Under the pieces are notes generated by a model. The model was not told the origin of the DNA. It saw only the letters and a program-made list of their open reading frames with translations, and did not search any database. A program made the position numbers and the translations under genes. From the human T2T-CHM13v2.0 reference genome, Homo sapiens, in assembly GCF_009914755.1 (NCBI RefSeq), contig NC_060932.1: a DNA stretch of 64,000 nucleotides, one strand, 5' to 3'. Shown piece after piece: positions 42,236-56,200 of the stretch. Position 1 is the stretch's first letter; the number at the start of each line of letters is the position of its first letter.

Positions 42236-45200
42236 CAGCCCGAGAATTTACATCAAATGTGGGGATCACGGCCCATGGCATGAGACGTAGGAGATAAGCC
42301 TTCCCAGTGGTTGGACCAACCTATCTCAGGCTTCTGAGATGCTGAGGCAGGGAGGTCCATGAGCCTTTCCCAAGGTATCGCTGGAAAAGCTCACTTCTGA
42401 AGCCACTGGGAGGGAAAACACAACCTGGATCTTATCAGACCATTTGAACAGACTAGCAATGTTCTGCCATCTCTTCTGGGTTCCCACAGAGAACTACAAC
42501 AAGGATTCCATTTTTAAAGCCTTATGACACAAAGCTGACACATGGTAAGTTTCACTGTTTAAACTATTCTCAGCATATAGGGACATGCCGAGTTTGAGGA
42601 GTTGATAGGTTGATCAGGGATAATGTCAGTGAATGGGAGGAGAAAGCAAGATTGTTTAGGAGATGTTGAACTGTGGTGCAAGTCCAGCTAAAGCTTCCAT
42701 CAACATATCGCAGAGCTCCAGAATAAATACTGTGCATCTGAAACACCCTGCAACACCTTCCTTTCTGTCTTGTTGCTGGAAATACCATGCAACATGGTGT
42801 CTGAGCCCTTATATAAACCAGCATATTGCCTGGCCTGCACCATGTCCCAATCCCCCTCCCTAGAGGGTCTTGGGAATTGTGATGTTGGAACATGAGGGGT
42901 GGCAGTGGTGTATTGCTACTGCACTCAACAACCAGCAAATTAGGACCTTGTGGTCAATTCCTGAATCCCATCTTGCTCTTGAGTTCCAGGTCAAGTTATG
43001 TTCTCATCTGTCAAGCTGACTAATAAAGCAGAACCTGAGGGTGAGGATAGGTATGTAAGTTGATACGGGAGATGATCCCATGAGCATCTGTAGGGCGGTG
43101 GGTAAGTGAGACTTTGAGGTAAACAAGTTACCATTCAATGCATCTGGAGGTCCATCTCACTTAAACTTCAGGATACACTGGGGACCTACCTCAGCATTAT
43201 CTTGGTCAGGGTGGGGCCTTAGTATGTAATAACTGCGTCCATCATAAGTTGGGCCTTGTGAATTCACCAGAACTTTGGCCTGCACTTCATATTGCTGAAG
43301 CCCTAGGATCTTTAAAAAGCCACTGATCACAGTATCGGATGTTGGCATGTACAGGGACTTCATGTGCTGAGTGAACAGGAGCCAGATGCTACCAGATTCT
43401 GCTCTCCTAGGGCCAAGTACATCAGTGTCTAGGGGTGGGGGTGAGATCTGTCAAGATCACAATCCAGCCATGAGTGCAGGATCCCCGAGTGACCAGCTAG
43501 AGATGAGATGTCTTATCTTACCCAAAATAGTTCCACATTCTGTGTTATGGTGAGACTGCTACCATAACCTGCCAATGGGGCAAGGGGAGGACCTACTGTG
43601 TACTCTACTTCCTGCACTTGGTCCTCCAATGTAAGTGCTGATTTACTTGTAGCTCCTGGTCATCGTGTGACCTGAATCTGCCACGTGATATAATCAAATC
43701 TGAATTGAGCAAGATCCACCACTCAGAACCAAGGACTCAGGGTAAACAAAAAGTAGACTACCCTCCCTTCTCCCAGAGAGTCCACATCTCATCTTCTGCT
43801 ACCAGACACGAAGTTTTTTCAAAGTATTTGAGCTCATCTTAGGATGAGTCCCATTGCTGAGTTGGTCCTAGTCTAGGCTGTGACTAGTGTCACCAGGGAG
43901 CTGTGAAACAAGCTGTTAGGGTCTCAGAGCTTGATCCACAGTGGCCATTAGAGGGACAGCCAAGGGCTCTCGAAGTCAACATCATGCCCACATTTCTGAG
44001 CTGTGCAGTTCTGTATCCTGGACTGTGCCATGACTCCCCATCCCAGTGGCAGTGAGTGGCCTCTCTCCATTCCACAGAAGGAATAGAACATACGTGGTGT
44101 GCTGGAGAAAAACTCAGTCTGATTCAGTCACCTTTAGACCTGTGACTAACCAGGAGCCAATCATACTTCTGACTTGCTATGGTAAATAGCATTCTTCCTA
44201 TTTCTCCATTCAGGTTAAATTCTGCCTTTTTCTTGAGCCTGTGGGAAATTGTCTTTCTTTATATAAACATGACTATCTGCCCTCTCCTGTTTCTAAAATG
44301 TGTGACTTTAAAGTTGCCAACTTGCTAACTCTGCAGAAATTACAGGGTTTTATGGGTGTCCTAAGTCTTCTAAGACAGATGGTCTTGGAATTGGGTTCTC
44401 TTTTGTTCTCTATGCAGGATCTAGATGTTTAGACAATAACTTCTGATGTACTGAAATAGTTTGGAAAGAGATTAGTCTCCTGAGACTTGCACCCACAACC
44501 ATGTGCCTTCACTACTGAAGGGGAGAGAAAGTCCTATGAATGCCTTTGAATGATCGCTTGAACTGAAAGTGAGCAGATAGTCACAAAATGCTCACTATTT
44601 CAACTTATTTATACCTTGCCTTCTAATAGTGTTTGTATATCTCCTAAAACCATCAAATGTCCCTCATGTAAGATATGGTCAGAAGCTCATGGGACTCCTG
44701 TTGTGGTTAAGCCTTGCTGATCCTGGTGATTTTCTTGGCCAGGTTTTTGAGGATTTTGCTGTTTAAGGCAGATGAATCATAGCCAAAACACTTCTCAAAA
44801 TTGACTGAATAAAAACCACATTTGGCCCCCTTCTTCCTGGTTCTTGACAGCCAGTTACCTTGAAGTTGGTTTGTGTTGACTCGACACTTAACAAGAACCT
44901 TAAATGGTGGAAGGGACAGGGACGTGACTTGGTAGTTAGAAGAACCAGGAGGGATTAAAGGGAAAGTTCACCTGGAAGGAAGAAGTGGGTCTCATGTTTG
45001 AAATTTTTCTGGAAAAAGGCTTCTCTTACTAAATACTAGAAAAATTTGCCCAACAAATGGTACCAGAGTTAACAGAGAGGGCTTAATTATTCTTAAATAG
45101 AAAGATCTAGATGTCATCTGATATCTTCAAGAATATTGTTTTGTGGCTTAATGGCAGGATAGGTGGTAGTCCTTGAATCAGGAACCTGGGAAGCAGGATG

Positions 45201-45699
45201 TCTCTCTGCTCCTGAGCTGTCCTTGCTCCTTTTGGCAAAGACTTGTTTCCATGAGAAAGCTGTGTGTATAGTGGGCTGAAGTTTCCAGCCAAGCAAGTGA
45301 CTATATAAAACAACCCCATATTGTGACTCATTTCAACCGAGGGGCTAGTAAGATCTCCAGCCAACAGATTCCATTATCAAGGTGATTATGAAACTGAATA
45401 TCATGGTGTGAAGGTTGGAGGAGAAAGAAGTTATTCTCCCCTGGAAAAACAATTTGCCTTTCACGGGAAGCTCATAAACCAGTGGTGTTCATAGGCGGTT
45501 GTGGTTATCCTTGCCCCTCACCTAAGAAATAGGATTGTCTTACTGGTTATTAATCAGCTAAAACATCATCTGCCTTAAGAATTACACTGAACAGGCATTT
45601 TCTGATAGTAGGTATCAAAGACTCTAAAATGAATCTGCTAAATCTTATGATTCACTTCATTGATTCAGTTAACTTGTTTGTATCCTGTACATCTTGGAT

Positions 45700-46000
45700 T
45701 TGATTCCATGTCTCATAGTTGTCCTAAAATATAAAAATCTTGCCCATTATCTCCTCAGAATTATGTCTTAATTCAGTTATACCACTTACACATCTACTAG
45801 GCCACTGAGTTTGCCCATAACTCACCTATGTACAGTATACCTAATTTTTCTCACTTGGATATTTTCTATTCTATCCTTAAGTTCAATAAATTCCTCTGCA
45901 ATATCCAGCTTACTGCTATTCCCAACCACTGTAACTGTCATCCTAGATGTTGAGACTTCCTAAGTTTGTTTTAGACATCTTCTACATTGTGCATGTTTTA
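45700..46000 (-). mobile_element. Ancient L1M ORF1-region fragment inside unit 1
   Basis: ttggatattttctatt...ccttaagttcaataa; paralogous copy at ~58430-58780. Confidence 0.6.
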
Positions 46001-46599
46001 TTGAACGTAAGACAGTGATAATGAAACACTCCTATAACCATATGCTCATAGGTCATTTTGTAGGGCTTGTGGGCTGTGAAACCAAGAGCTCTTAACGCTA
46101 TGACCAAATATTGAAGTCTTCCACAGGATGTGATGGCCACTAGGAAACAAGACTTAGCCACTCACACTCATGACATGACTCATATCTGTAGGAAAGTGCC
46201 TCAAAGTTTTAAGTGGTATAAAGTTATAACAACTAAGGTAACCAATTAAATATTCCTTGTGCCTGTATCTGTTAATCAACTTTTATTCCTTCCCCTGGTG
46301 CATGTGGAATACCAGTTCTTGTTGCATTCTCCTGGTTGAGTGTTGGTTTGGCCTCTTCCTCATCTCATATAGAGTCAAACTAAAACAGTTCAAAGAAACA
46401 AGGATTCTTTCTCCTCACTCACAAGCCTTATTTGGAACTACATTTCTATGGGTAAATATCTACTTAAATGGTGTGCAGTAGAACTTTAGAGTCTGAGCAG
46501 CTTGTCTCTGTTAACTGATGATGCAGCTATCCATCTTGTCTGACTTTGATTCCATTCCTTTTATGTCAATCATGGGGCACATTACCTTTCAGCATACTG

Positions 46600-46920
46600 T
46601 TTCCCAGGTACAGTACCAGCTTGCTTTCATCTGGGCCTAGCCAGTGGGAGAAGCTTGAAGGAGACTGAGGATGGGAGGGAGGGAAGTAATAACATGTTTC
46701 ACCTCCTCACTGCCTCAGACCTCATTCTGAGTCTGCTCCATGGGCCCGGGTTCATCAGACCGGACAACCACGGTGTCAGTCTCTAATGGGAGACTATCCA
46801 GGTGTTTCAAAGACACCAGCTAACCTCATTTCCCAGTCAGCCTGGGAATGGTCACAAGTGTCTTCCCTCTTGGAAACCAAGCATGCTACTTTGCATTTCC
46901 ATGGTCTCTATTGTCAGGTT
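46600..46920 (+). mobile_element. LTR33-like ERVL LTR fragment inside unit 1
   Basis: tagccagtgggag...gagactgagg...cagcctgggaatgg; paralogous copy at ~59120-59430. Confidence 0.5.
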
Positions 46921-47912
46921 GTTACATCTTTCCTCAGGGAAGGGTGAGGGAGTGTTCAGCTTCCCATTACCTGTTTACATGAAATTCTTTTTGACACTTA
47001 GAATTCATGTGCCTTTTCCATCTTCATGGCCAACTCTTGTATCCCCTGAGTAAAATTACAGGACAATGGTTTTCAGTTTACAAACACAACTCATTGTCAT
47101 ACTCAATATCCATAGGTTCACAGAACAAGCAGTGTTTTCAGTTTCAGAGACTTCTTTTACCTATGGAATTAAAAATATATGGTTCTAGGCCCGAACTTCT
47201 CCCCAGAAACTGTAGGCAACTTTCTAACCCTGGAAGTTGACTTTTGGTGCCATTAACACTGAACCATATAAAATAGCTTCCTATTCAAATGAACTCGGGC
47301 TGCACTGGGCTTCTCAGAAGACTGTTCTAGATTGCCACTCTTCATCAGAAGATTCTGAAGACCAGGTAGTGTCCCCTCCCAAAGTAAACTCCAGGTTTAA
47401 TTTCAATCATTTAATAGAAAAAGGTTCTCATTTATCCTTGTTCTTGTGCCTGACTTTGTTGGTTAGGACAAATCACAATGGGTGGCAATGAGAATGGGGT
47501 AGGAAGAAACCTTCAAACAGAATGGGGACAGTGCTTAGTCTTGTCCATGTCTCTAGACAAGCTGGCTCAAAATGTGTTAAATAAAACCACAGCACATACC
47601 CTGTCTGACCACATGGGACATGGTGTTTAATGAAGTGATGTCGTCTTCTGTCCTGGTCTTTCAGCGTTGTTACCTGGGCCCATAGGAGATAACCCAATAG
47701 ATAACTTGGGTGCGGAGGTCTAGACTCAGAAATCTAAGTTCTTGTAATAACTTTACCTTCAACACAGATATGGGCAAACTTCAGTGTAGAAAGTAGCACT
47801 TCTTATTCTCATGGGTACAGGGCTGGCAAATGGTAGGAATAGTTGCTAAAATGTGTATAAATTTTAAAACTGACTTCCTAACTGATACAGTATGCATTGG
47901 AAATGTAATTTT

Positions 47913-48415
47913 TACTAGGGTTCTCCAGAGGGACAGAACTAATAGGATATGTCTATAATGAAGTTTACTAAGGTGAATTGACTCACATGATCACAAGGCA
48001 AAATCCCATGATGGGCTGTCTGCAACCTGAAGAAGGAAACCAGTAGTGGCTCAGTCCAAGTCCAAGAGCCTCAAAAGCAGGGAAGCCAACAGTGTAGCCT
48101 TCAGTCTGTGGCTGAGAAGGCCTGAGAGACCCCAGCAAACCACTGGTGTAAGTCCAGGAGTCCAAAGGCTGAAGAACCTGGAGTCTGATGTCCAAAAGCC
48201 AGAAACATCCAGCACGGGAAGAAGACAAAAGCTGGAAGACTTGGCAAGCCAGCTTATCCCACGTTCTTCCACCTGCTTTGTTTTAGCCATGCTGGCGGCC
48301 GATTGGATGGTGCCTACCCACATTGAGGGTGGATCTTCCTCTCCCAGTCCACTGACTCATGATAATTTCCTCTGGCAACATCCTCAGGCACACCCAGAAA
48401 AAATACTTTATCAGT
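47913..48415 (-). mobile_element. MLT2B-like LTR, truncated
   Basis: tagggttctccagagggacagaactaatagg...cccagtccactgactc. Confidence 0.9.
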
Positions 48416-50140
48416 ATAAGGAAAATGTGTAGTCGTCTGTCAAATGAGAAGACAGTAACACTGCCTGAGAATAAGGGCTCTGTCTGCTACTGAGCTGTTT
48501 GTGACTCTAGGCAATGATGGGCACCTCCAAGATGAAATCGACATACTTGGCTCAGAAAGCACTGGATCTGCCAAATTACCCACTAAGGGCATACTCAGAA
48601 TGAAAATTTGGGGTGATTGAATTCTTGCTAAGAACAAAGATCATCACACAGATGGGACCCTCGAACTTAATGCTGGCCTTAACTACAGGGCAAAACTGAG
48701 GACTTGTTCAAAGCCACATTCATGCTTTTACTAACTTCAAAATTGGGAAACTCTTGTCCATACCCATGGCTGGTGTTCTCTGCACGTACTGTTTGACAAT
48801 ATTCAGGCACATAGGAAATCTCTTCACTGATTTGGGGGTTGCTGGATATAGACTTTCTCCGGCCACCTAGATATGAAGATGTTCTGCTCAAATCAATAGG
48901 CTAAAGCTGAAATCTAAGCCTGGTCCTCAGAATTGACTATTCTGGAGCTGTTTTGCACAACGGAGAGCAAGAATTGATGTCATTATCTAGGAGATGAGGC
49001 CACTATTCCAATATCCAACGACATCTATAAATGGAAAGGCCTATAGATATTATACTGAATGGGCTTTCGTTGGGATACTTCATGTCCTGAAACTGACTCT
49101 GCTTCGGATCCCCTAAACTTTGGGGGCATCCTCAGTGAAGTTAAAATATCACTGGTTTGCATTTTACCTATTCCTCATAATAGACTCTAGCAAAAAGGCC
49201 TAATAGTATCTTGGTTAAAATGAACTGTTTAAGCCAGATTGATTGTGCCAGATTGTGATAGGCTTGACAGCACCTCTTCTGGTTCAAGTTGGTGTTGAAT
49301 ATGGGGAATATGGGATAAGCTGTTATAAATGCCCTGAACTAACTGCAAGGCCAAGAGACTTCCAATGGCTCTATGGGGACAGTGTATCTCTGATCATATG
49401 CACACACACGTGTGCAAGTAGAACTCAGTATGAACACATACCTAGTAATTTGGTAGTCCCTGATCTAGGAGGGTTTGTTCCTTCTTAGAAATGAAACTAT
49501 TTCTCTATCAAATTCCTCTGTCATTCTAGAAACGGCAGGTGATGCACTCGTTTCATCAAGCTGTGTAAAGGTTCTATTTTCCTAGTTCTTGGTCTCATGT
49601 GAAATTGAACTCTGCAAAGTTCAGACTTCAGAAACTGTCTTCAACTTCTAGTGTGACCTCTTCTGCACTGGCATGCCCGATTCCTTTGAACTTGCTCCCA
49701 TTGCTGGGGGGATGTCTGAACACGAAACAAGATGACACAGAAGTGGTTATAGGAAAGGCTCACATATCGTCTGGTCCTTCCGACTCCAATGTCACAGGAG
49801 CCTGTGCTATGGAAGGTAAAACTCATGCCCTCATTGAATTCTTGTGCTCAGAATCTGAATGTTGGCTCTTTTGTTCTCAGGGTGGTCTTAAAAATAACTT
49901 TCTCGAAGTTCACAACTAGAGTTACAGTTCAGAACACTCCACCCCCAAAAACCATCCAGCTTCTGTTATGACATTTTTCTGTGTACCTTTGTATAGCTGA
50001 GTTGTATCACCATATTAAGCCTCCGATGGAATATTCAAGGAGCTGGAGGCTGGAAGGCAAAAGAAAGTTCCTAAACCTTTATCCTGAAATCTGAGTTTTT
50101 AGGAAATGGGCATGTTAAAGAAGACTTGTGATATTCATGA

Positions 50141-50507
<367 letters not shown>

Positions 50508-51580
50508 TGAGGTTTTCCTGGATGTCCAACACTTACAAATATACAAAATCATTCCAGCCATTGAAAGGATGAAGAGTTAGAGTTTCACTGTTGGGTGCTA
50601 AGTTTGTTCTATGGGCTCAGTGGGCAGCAGGTGGTGTGCATGAGCAATGTCACACATTACCTAAAGCCTTACATTAGTGTGCATCTACTTGTTCCCTACT
50701 AAGGGTCTGATCAATGTATAATCTCTGGCTAAGCACAGGTGGCCAGCATTAATTAACTGCTTTTCTCTTCTCAGCTTAGATCTGAGAGCTGGGACCTCTG
50801 TGGAGAAGCCTGAGGTTTTGCTCCATGTTTTGTGTTCCAAAGCTATTGCATATGCTAGAACATCCTGTTTACATGAGCTCTCCTGTCATTGCGAATGGAG
50901 AAAAACGATTTGTTTCCACCTAGGTCTTAACTACAAAGGAGTGCTAGGAAGTTCAGGATCTGACTTTAGAAGTGGAAGGCTTTAGGTGTCACCCGTGTAA
51001 TATCCGCTCTGGAGATGAATTTTAAGTTCAAGCAGGGACACTCAAGATGGATATAAATGTCATAAGTATCCATCACATATAATGAAAGTCTTGGTTAATA
51101 GCAGTCTCCCATCCAGGAGTTGTCACAGCCAGTTGTAGGTCCCTGTGTGGTTCAGAAAGGGCAACCAGGTCTGACCTTGAAGTTGCCTCATATTACTTGG
51201 AGTTTTCAACACTGAACTCACAGGACAAGATCTGTGGTAGTGAAGGAGCAGGACTGAAATTCTGGAGAAGGCTTCATAGATATAGAAAGGGCTTCAACTA
51301 GTTTTATATGTTGAGGTTCACATAAAGACAGACTACCAATACCAGTTTATAGACCCTGCTTTCTCTCTCAAAGTAAAGACTCAGGAGAAGAGGAGCAGAG
51401 ATCCTGAAGAGGACTGTCATAGACTAAGTTGTGGTTTCAGAAGGACCCTCAATTTTCTCTCTCCCAATTCTCCTTACACAACAAAATGCTGACAAACTGG
51501 GAGAGAATCTGGTAGACTTAAGCTATTTTAAAAGCAACTTAACCACATAATTTTGTCTTCTGTGGCAGTACTCACCGTAC

Positions 51581-51720
51581 AGGGTGGAGTCGTCTTCTGT
51601 GGGGTGGAGTCGTCTTCTGTGGGGTGGAGTCGTCTTCTGTGGGGTGGAGTCGTCTTCTGTGGGGTGGAGTCGTCTTCTGTGGGGTGGAGTCGTCTTCTGT
51701 GGGGTGGAGTCGTCTTCTGT
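51581..51720. repeat. Minisatellite, 7 x 20 bp (GGGGTGGAGTCGTCTTCTGT)
   Basis: Six perfect copies plus one with a single mismatch. Confidence 0.98.
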
Positions 51721-52170
51721 GGGTTGCCTTTTCACTGATCTCTGTGCAGAAGCTTTAGCATGCTATAATCCTGTTTGTTTGCTTTTATTGCCTGTGCTGC
51801 TGAGGTTTTACCCAAAAAGTCTGCCAAACCAATGTTCAGAAGCATTTCCTCAATATTTTACAGTCTTGGGTCTTAGATTTAAGTCTTCATGTTTTGCTTT
51901 GGTGTTTGCTTATGGTGTGATCAATAGAGATCTAGCATTTATATGGATATTGAGTTTTCCCAGCACTACTCAGAAGTTTGTCCCAATGTTCTTGGCAACT
52001 TTGTCAACAATAAGTCTATAAACATGTGTGTTTATCTCTGGATTATCTATTCTGTTCCATTGGTCTTCTCTGTGTCTTTATGCCAGTATCTTTGTTTTGG
52101 CTACTATAGCTTTGTATTGTACATCTTAAAGTCAGGTGGTATGCCTCCAGGTCTGCTTTTTGTTCAGGAT
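51721..52170 (-). mobile_element. L1 ORF2 internal fragment
   Basis: tgtgcagaagcttt...tttcccagcac...tattctgttccattggtct...aagtcaggt. Confidence 0.85.
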
Positions 52171-52213
52171 TTACCTATACCATTAGAGAACATAGGGTTC
52201 CAGGCTTGAACTT

Positions 52214-52628
52214 TGTATTAGGGTTCTCTAGAAAGACAGAACCAATAGGATAGATACATAAAGGGGAGTTTATTATATGATCACAAGGTCCCACAATAGG
52301 CTGTCTGCAAGCTTGATGAGCAAGGAGAACCAGTCTGAATCTCAAAACTTGAAGAACTTGGAGTCTGATGTTCAGGGGCAGGAAGTGTCCAGCATGGGAG
52401 AAAGACGTAGGCTGGGAGGCTAGGCCAGTATCGCCTTCTCACATTTTTCTGCCTGCTTTATATTTGCTGGCAGCTGATTAGATTGTGCCCACCAGATTAA
52501 GGGTGGATCTGCCTTCCCAGGCCCAGTCACTCAAATGTTAATCTCTTTTGGCAACACCTTCACAGAAACACCCAGCATCAATACTTTGTATCCTTCAATC
52601 AAGTTGACACTCAGTATTAACCATCACA
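52214..52628 (-). mobile_element. MLT2A1-like solo LTR
   Basis: tgtattagggttctctaga...gtattaaccatcaca; TSD aactt/aacgt. Confidence 0.92.
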
Positions 52629-52639
52629 AACGTCTCTCC

Positions 52640-55600
52640 AAAATACCAGCCAATTATCCACAAGTGGGATATTCTGGGTTACATTTGGGGCCATATATCT
52701 TGTCCTCTATATTAAATGGATTTTCTATAAAACATATTCTGGCTACATTGTGCCTTTCAGCTGCATATGCTAAATTTGATGCAGGAAGTTCTGAATACCA
52801 TGTAGTGTCACTTTCCAAAGTAGATTCCAGGTCTAGTTTTCGTCATTAATAGGAATTAGACTGCATTCTCTACTTATCCTTGAGCCTAACTTTGCCCATT
52901 AGGATGGTCCAAAACGGACAGTAATGAGAACAGGGGATGGGGAAGGCTGTAAACTGAATGGGGCAATCAATGCTTAGTCTTGTGCTCATCTAGTCAGATG
53001 AATCTGATTTGGACTACTCAAATCCCAGCATACACCCTGTCCAACCATTAGGTATGTTATATATTCTATGACATGTAATCTATCATTCTGGGGTGTCTCA
53101 GCTTTGTTACCTGGACTAAAAGTAAATGGCCAACAAGAGAACTGTTGAATGAATGTGGGGTCTAAATTCAGGAATCCCATCTTTTGTAATGACTTACCCA
53201 CCAGCAAGGCTACTGGTTAACCCCAGTGTAGGAAGTATTTCCAGTTTCTGCAAGAACAGTTCTGATAAATTCTGAAGAGTTACAAATACATACAAACTTA
53301 ACTGACTTTTTTCATGTTTAAACTTCTTATAAATAGTAAACATCAAAAACATTCTAATGCTTCACGACATTGTGGGTGACAAGGCTCTCTGGAACCGTCT
53401 CTGGTGCTTGATTCTGAAAGACCAGATCCCAGTTTCCTTGTTTCTCCCTTAGAATGAGCCTTTGGCCTTTCCAACCTGTCTGGCAGGACATGGGTTTTCT
53501 GGAGGGAGCCTTTCTGAAGAGCTGGCTCTACAGGGAAAAAGGGCATGAGGCTCTATGGGAAGGAACTCCATGCTGAGGGGTGCCAGGGAATGTCAATGAA
53601 GTGCTGCTTTCCTAGACTACCTCCTTTTACCTTTGTTCCTTCAGGAAGGATGGAGTTCAGACACAAGGTGGCTAAAGGTGACCTACTAGGACAGTATAGG
53701 TGTAAGGAAAGCCTGGTGTGACAAACCCAGAGCAGTGTGGCTTTTCATGACTGGAGCCAATAGTCCTTCCTAACACTGACCTATTACTCAATGAGGATAT
53801 AGAACAAAAACATGTAGAGTGATTTTCCACAAGTTGGGTTGGATTCGTGGTGATCTGTCAAATCAGAAGACCACACTGCCTGAAAATGAAGGACCTGTTT
53901 GCTACTGGGTCTTTGACTCTAGTCAAAGATGACTGCCCCCAAGATGAAGTCAACATGCTTAGCCAGCACTAGATCTGCCAATCCACCGACTAGGGACATA
54001 GCCAAAGTTGGTAAATCTGAGCTCATAAGCTTCGTGAGGAACAGGTAATTCACATAGGGATGTCACTGGTGTTTAGGGCTGGCCTTAAATGAAGCATGGA
54101 ACTGAGGACTTGGTGGAAGAGCCGGATGTGGCTTGGAACCACGTCCAAGCTGGGTGTTGCTCTGACAAATTATTCTCTGTGCCCATGGCTTTGTGTTCTT
54201 GCATCTACTCAGTGTTCCCTCTGCCTGAATATCAATCTTTATTTCCTCAGTTTGGGGATGGCTGGGACTATGGACTGTCCCCAGCTGCCCAGATGCGAAG
54301 CTGTTCAGATATATTCTGCAACCTGAGGCTGATGCCCACAAGTGCATCACATTCAATAGCTGTTTGAAGCTGTGTTCTCCAGAGAATAAGGATGCTTATA
54401 AAATGCCACTACCTAGGACCATGTGGCCCTTATGACAATGCCCACTGATGTCTACAGATGGAAAGGCCACTGTAAAAGATGCAGATATTCATACTGGATG
54501 AACTGTCTATGGAGATGCTTCATGACCTAGGACTACCTGTGTTTTTCTTCCTTTGAATGCCCTAAAAGACTTGGGATGCATCCTCGGTGAAGATGAGAAA
54601 ATGACTATTTGACATTTTACCTACAACCTTATAGTATGGGAGAGATCTGATGGCACTTTCTTAGATAAAATAAACTGTTAAAGCCTAAGCCAGATAGATA
54701 TTGGGGGTAGCAACTCCTGATTCAATGTGGGAGTTGGATATGTGGTGACCTGTTGTAGACTCTGTGCTAATTGGAAGGACAGAGTTTTATTGACTGCATG
54801 AACAGGGCATAACTCAGGTTTTGTGTGCACACATGCAGTTACATTGACCTGAAGGCAGAAAATACAAACCACAGGAATAAATAGTCTCTGATCCTAGAAA
54901 AAAGGCTTCACTCTTTGCATAAAAAAAGGACAATTCTATAAAATCCCTCGTAGTTCTAGAAATAACAGGTGATGTTTTCATTTTAGTCAAGCTGCGTGGA
55001 GGTCCCATTCCCCCTGGTTCATTCTCATGCGAGTCTCCTGTGTGAATCAAACTCTGGAGGCTTCGTGGACTTCAGGAAATGATGTCTTCCTCTACTGTAG
55101 CCTCTTATTCTCACTGGCATGGACATCCTTCACCTGGATGTCAAATGTTGGCATTTGAGTATGAAACAACTAAGGCCGAAGAGTTGTAGGATGGCATCAC
55201 GAACATAGGTATATATTCTGGTGATTGAGTTAAAAGACACACAAGCCTAAGTGCTGTGGAGGAAAACTCATGCCCAGAATGAACTTTTAAGCTAAGGGTC
55301 TTGGTATTGACTAATTTTCCCAGGGTGATTTTAATCAAACAACCTTCAAAGCTGAATAATAGAAATATGGAAGTGGCTGTTTAAATTTGTGATCCAGAAT
55401 ACCTCTTTCATATTTCTTATTGGGTCGTAAAAAGCAGTCTTTCCTGAAAGTCTAATTCACTTGTGTCAGCAGGAATTGTCTTGGAGAAAAGCATTCGAGG
55501 GTCTGTGGCCCAGGCTACCAGCATGTGTATATATTCATGATGACTCCTTGTAACTCTTCTGCTCTCATAATTGTTTCATATTCAGAAATCAAACATTTGA

Positions 55601-56200
55601 CATCCAGGTGAAGGGCACCCAAGCTAGTGCAGAGAAGGCTACCCTAGAAGAAAGCAAGAGAGCTGTCTCATCTTGATTTATTTTCTGTGTAGGGAAATGG
55701 GGATGTTGTAAAAGGGCCTTGCTAATCCCATGAAACCACTTGAAAGAGTCAGTTGAAGTGTGATAGAGGTTTTCCTATGATGGACTTTCATGGGAATCTA
55801 GAGAATCTTTCCAATGAGGTATAGTCAACAGTTGCTTAAACTGCCAGGTGCAAAGCTTGGTCTACAGGCTCAATGGGCACAAAGTAACGTGTGTGAGCCA
55901 TGCCACATGCAATCTAAAGCTTTTCACTCCTGTGTGAGTGAGTCCTAAGGAGTAGCCCTAAGCACTATTTCTGTGCTTAGAGCATCAGGCACTCTGTGAC
56001 ACAGCTCTAGTTACTTTAATAAAAGTGTCTTTACCCTGTTTATCATGTAAAGATTGGGAAAGTACCTTCAGAGAAGCTGACACCCATGGAATACTGATGC
56101 TTTGAAAACAAAGCAAAGGAAAAAAAAAAACCTTTAAGTCCTTTATCACATTAGATGTTTGTCTTTTGTGGCAAAACCAACAGTGGAGGGTTGAATCTTG
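52640..56200 (+). repeat. Tandem array family 2, unit 2 (5'-deleted)
   Basis: 52650-53330 aligns to 47210-47900 and 59760-60430; 53855-56030 aligns to 48437-50760. Confidence 0.85.

Noticed and set aside
51581-51720. CRISPR-like array and the repetitive ORFs over it
   Set aside because: Head-to-tail repeats without spacers in primate DNA; the ORFs are artefacts of a stop-free repeat unit.
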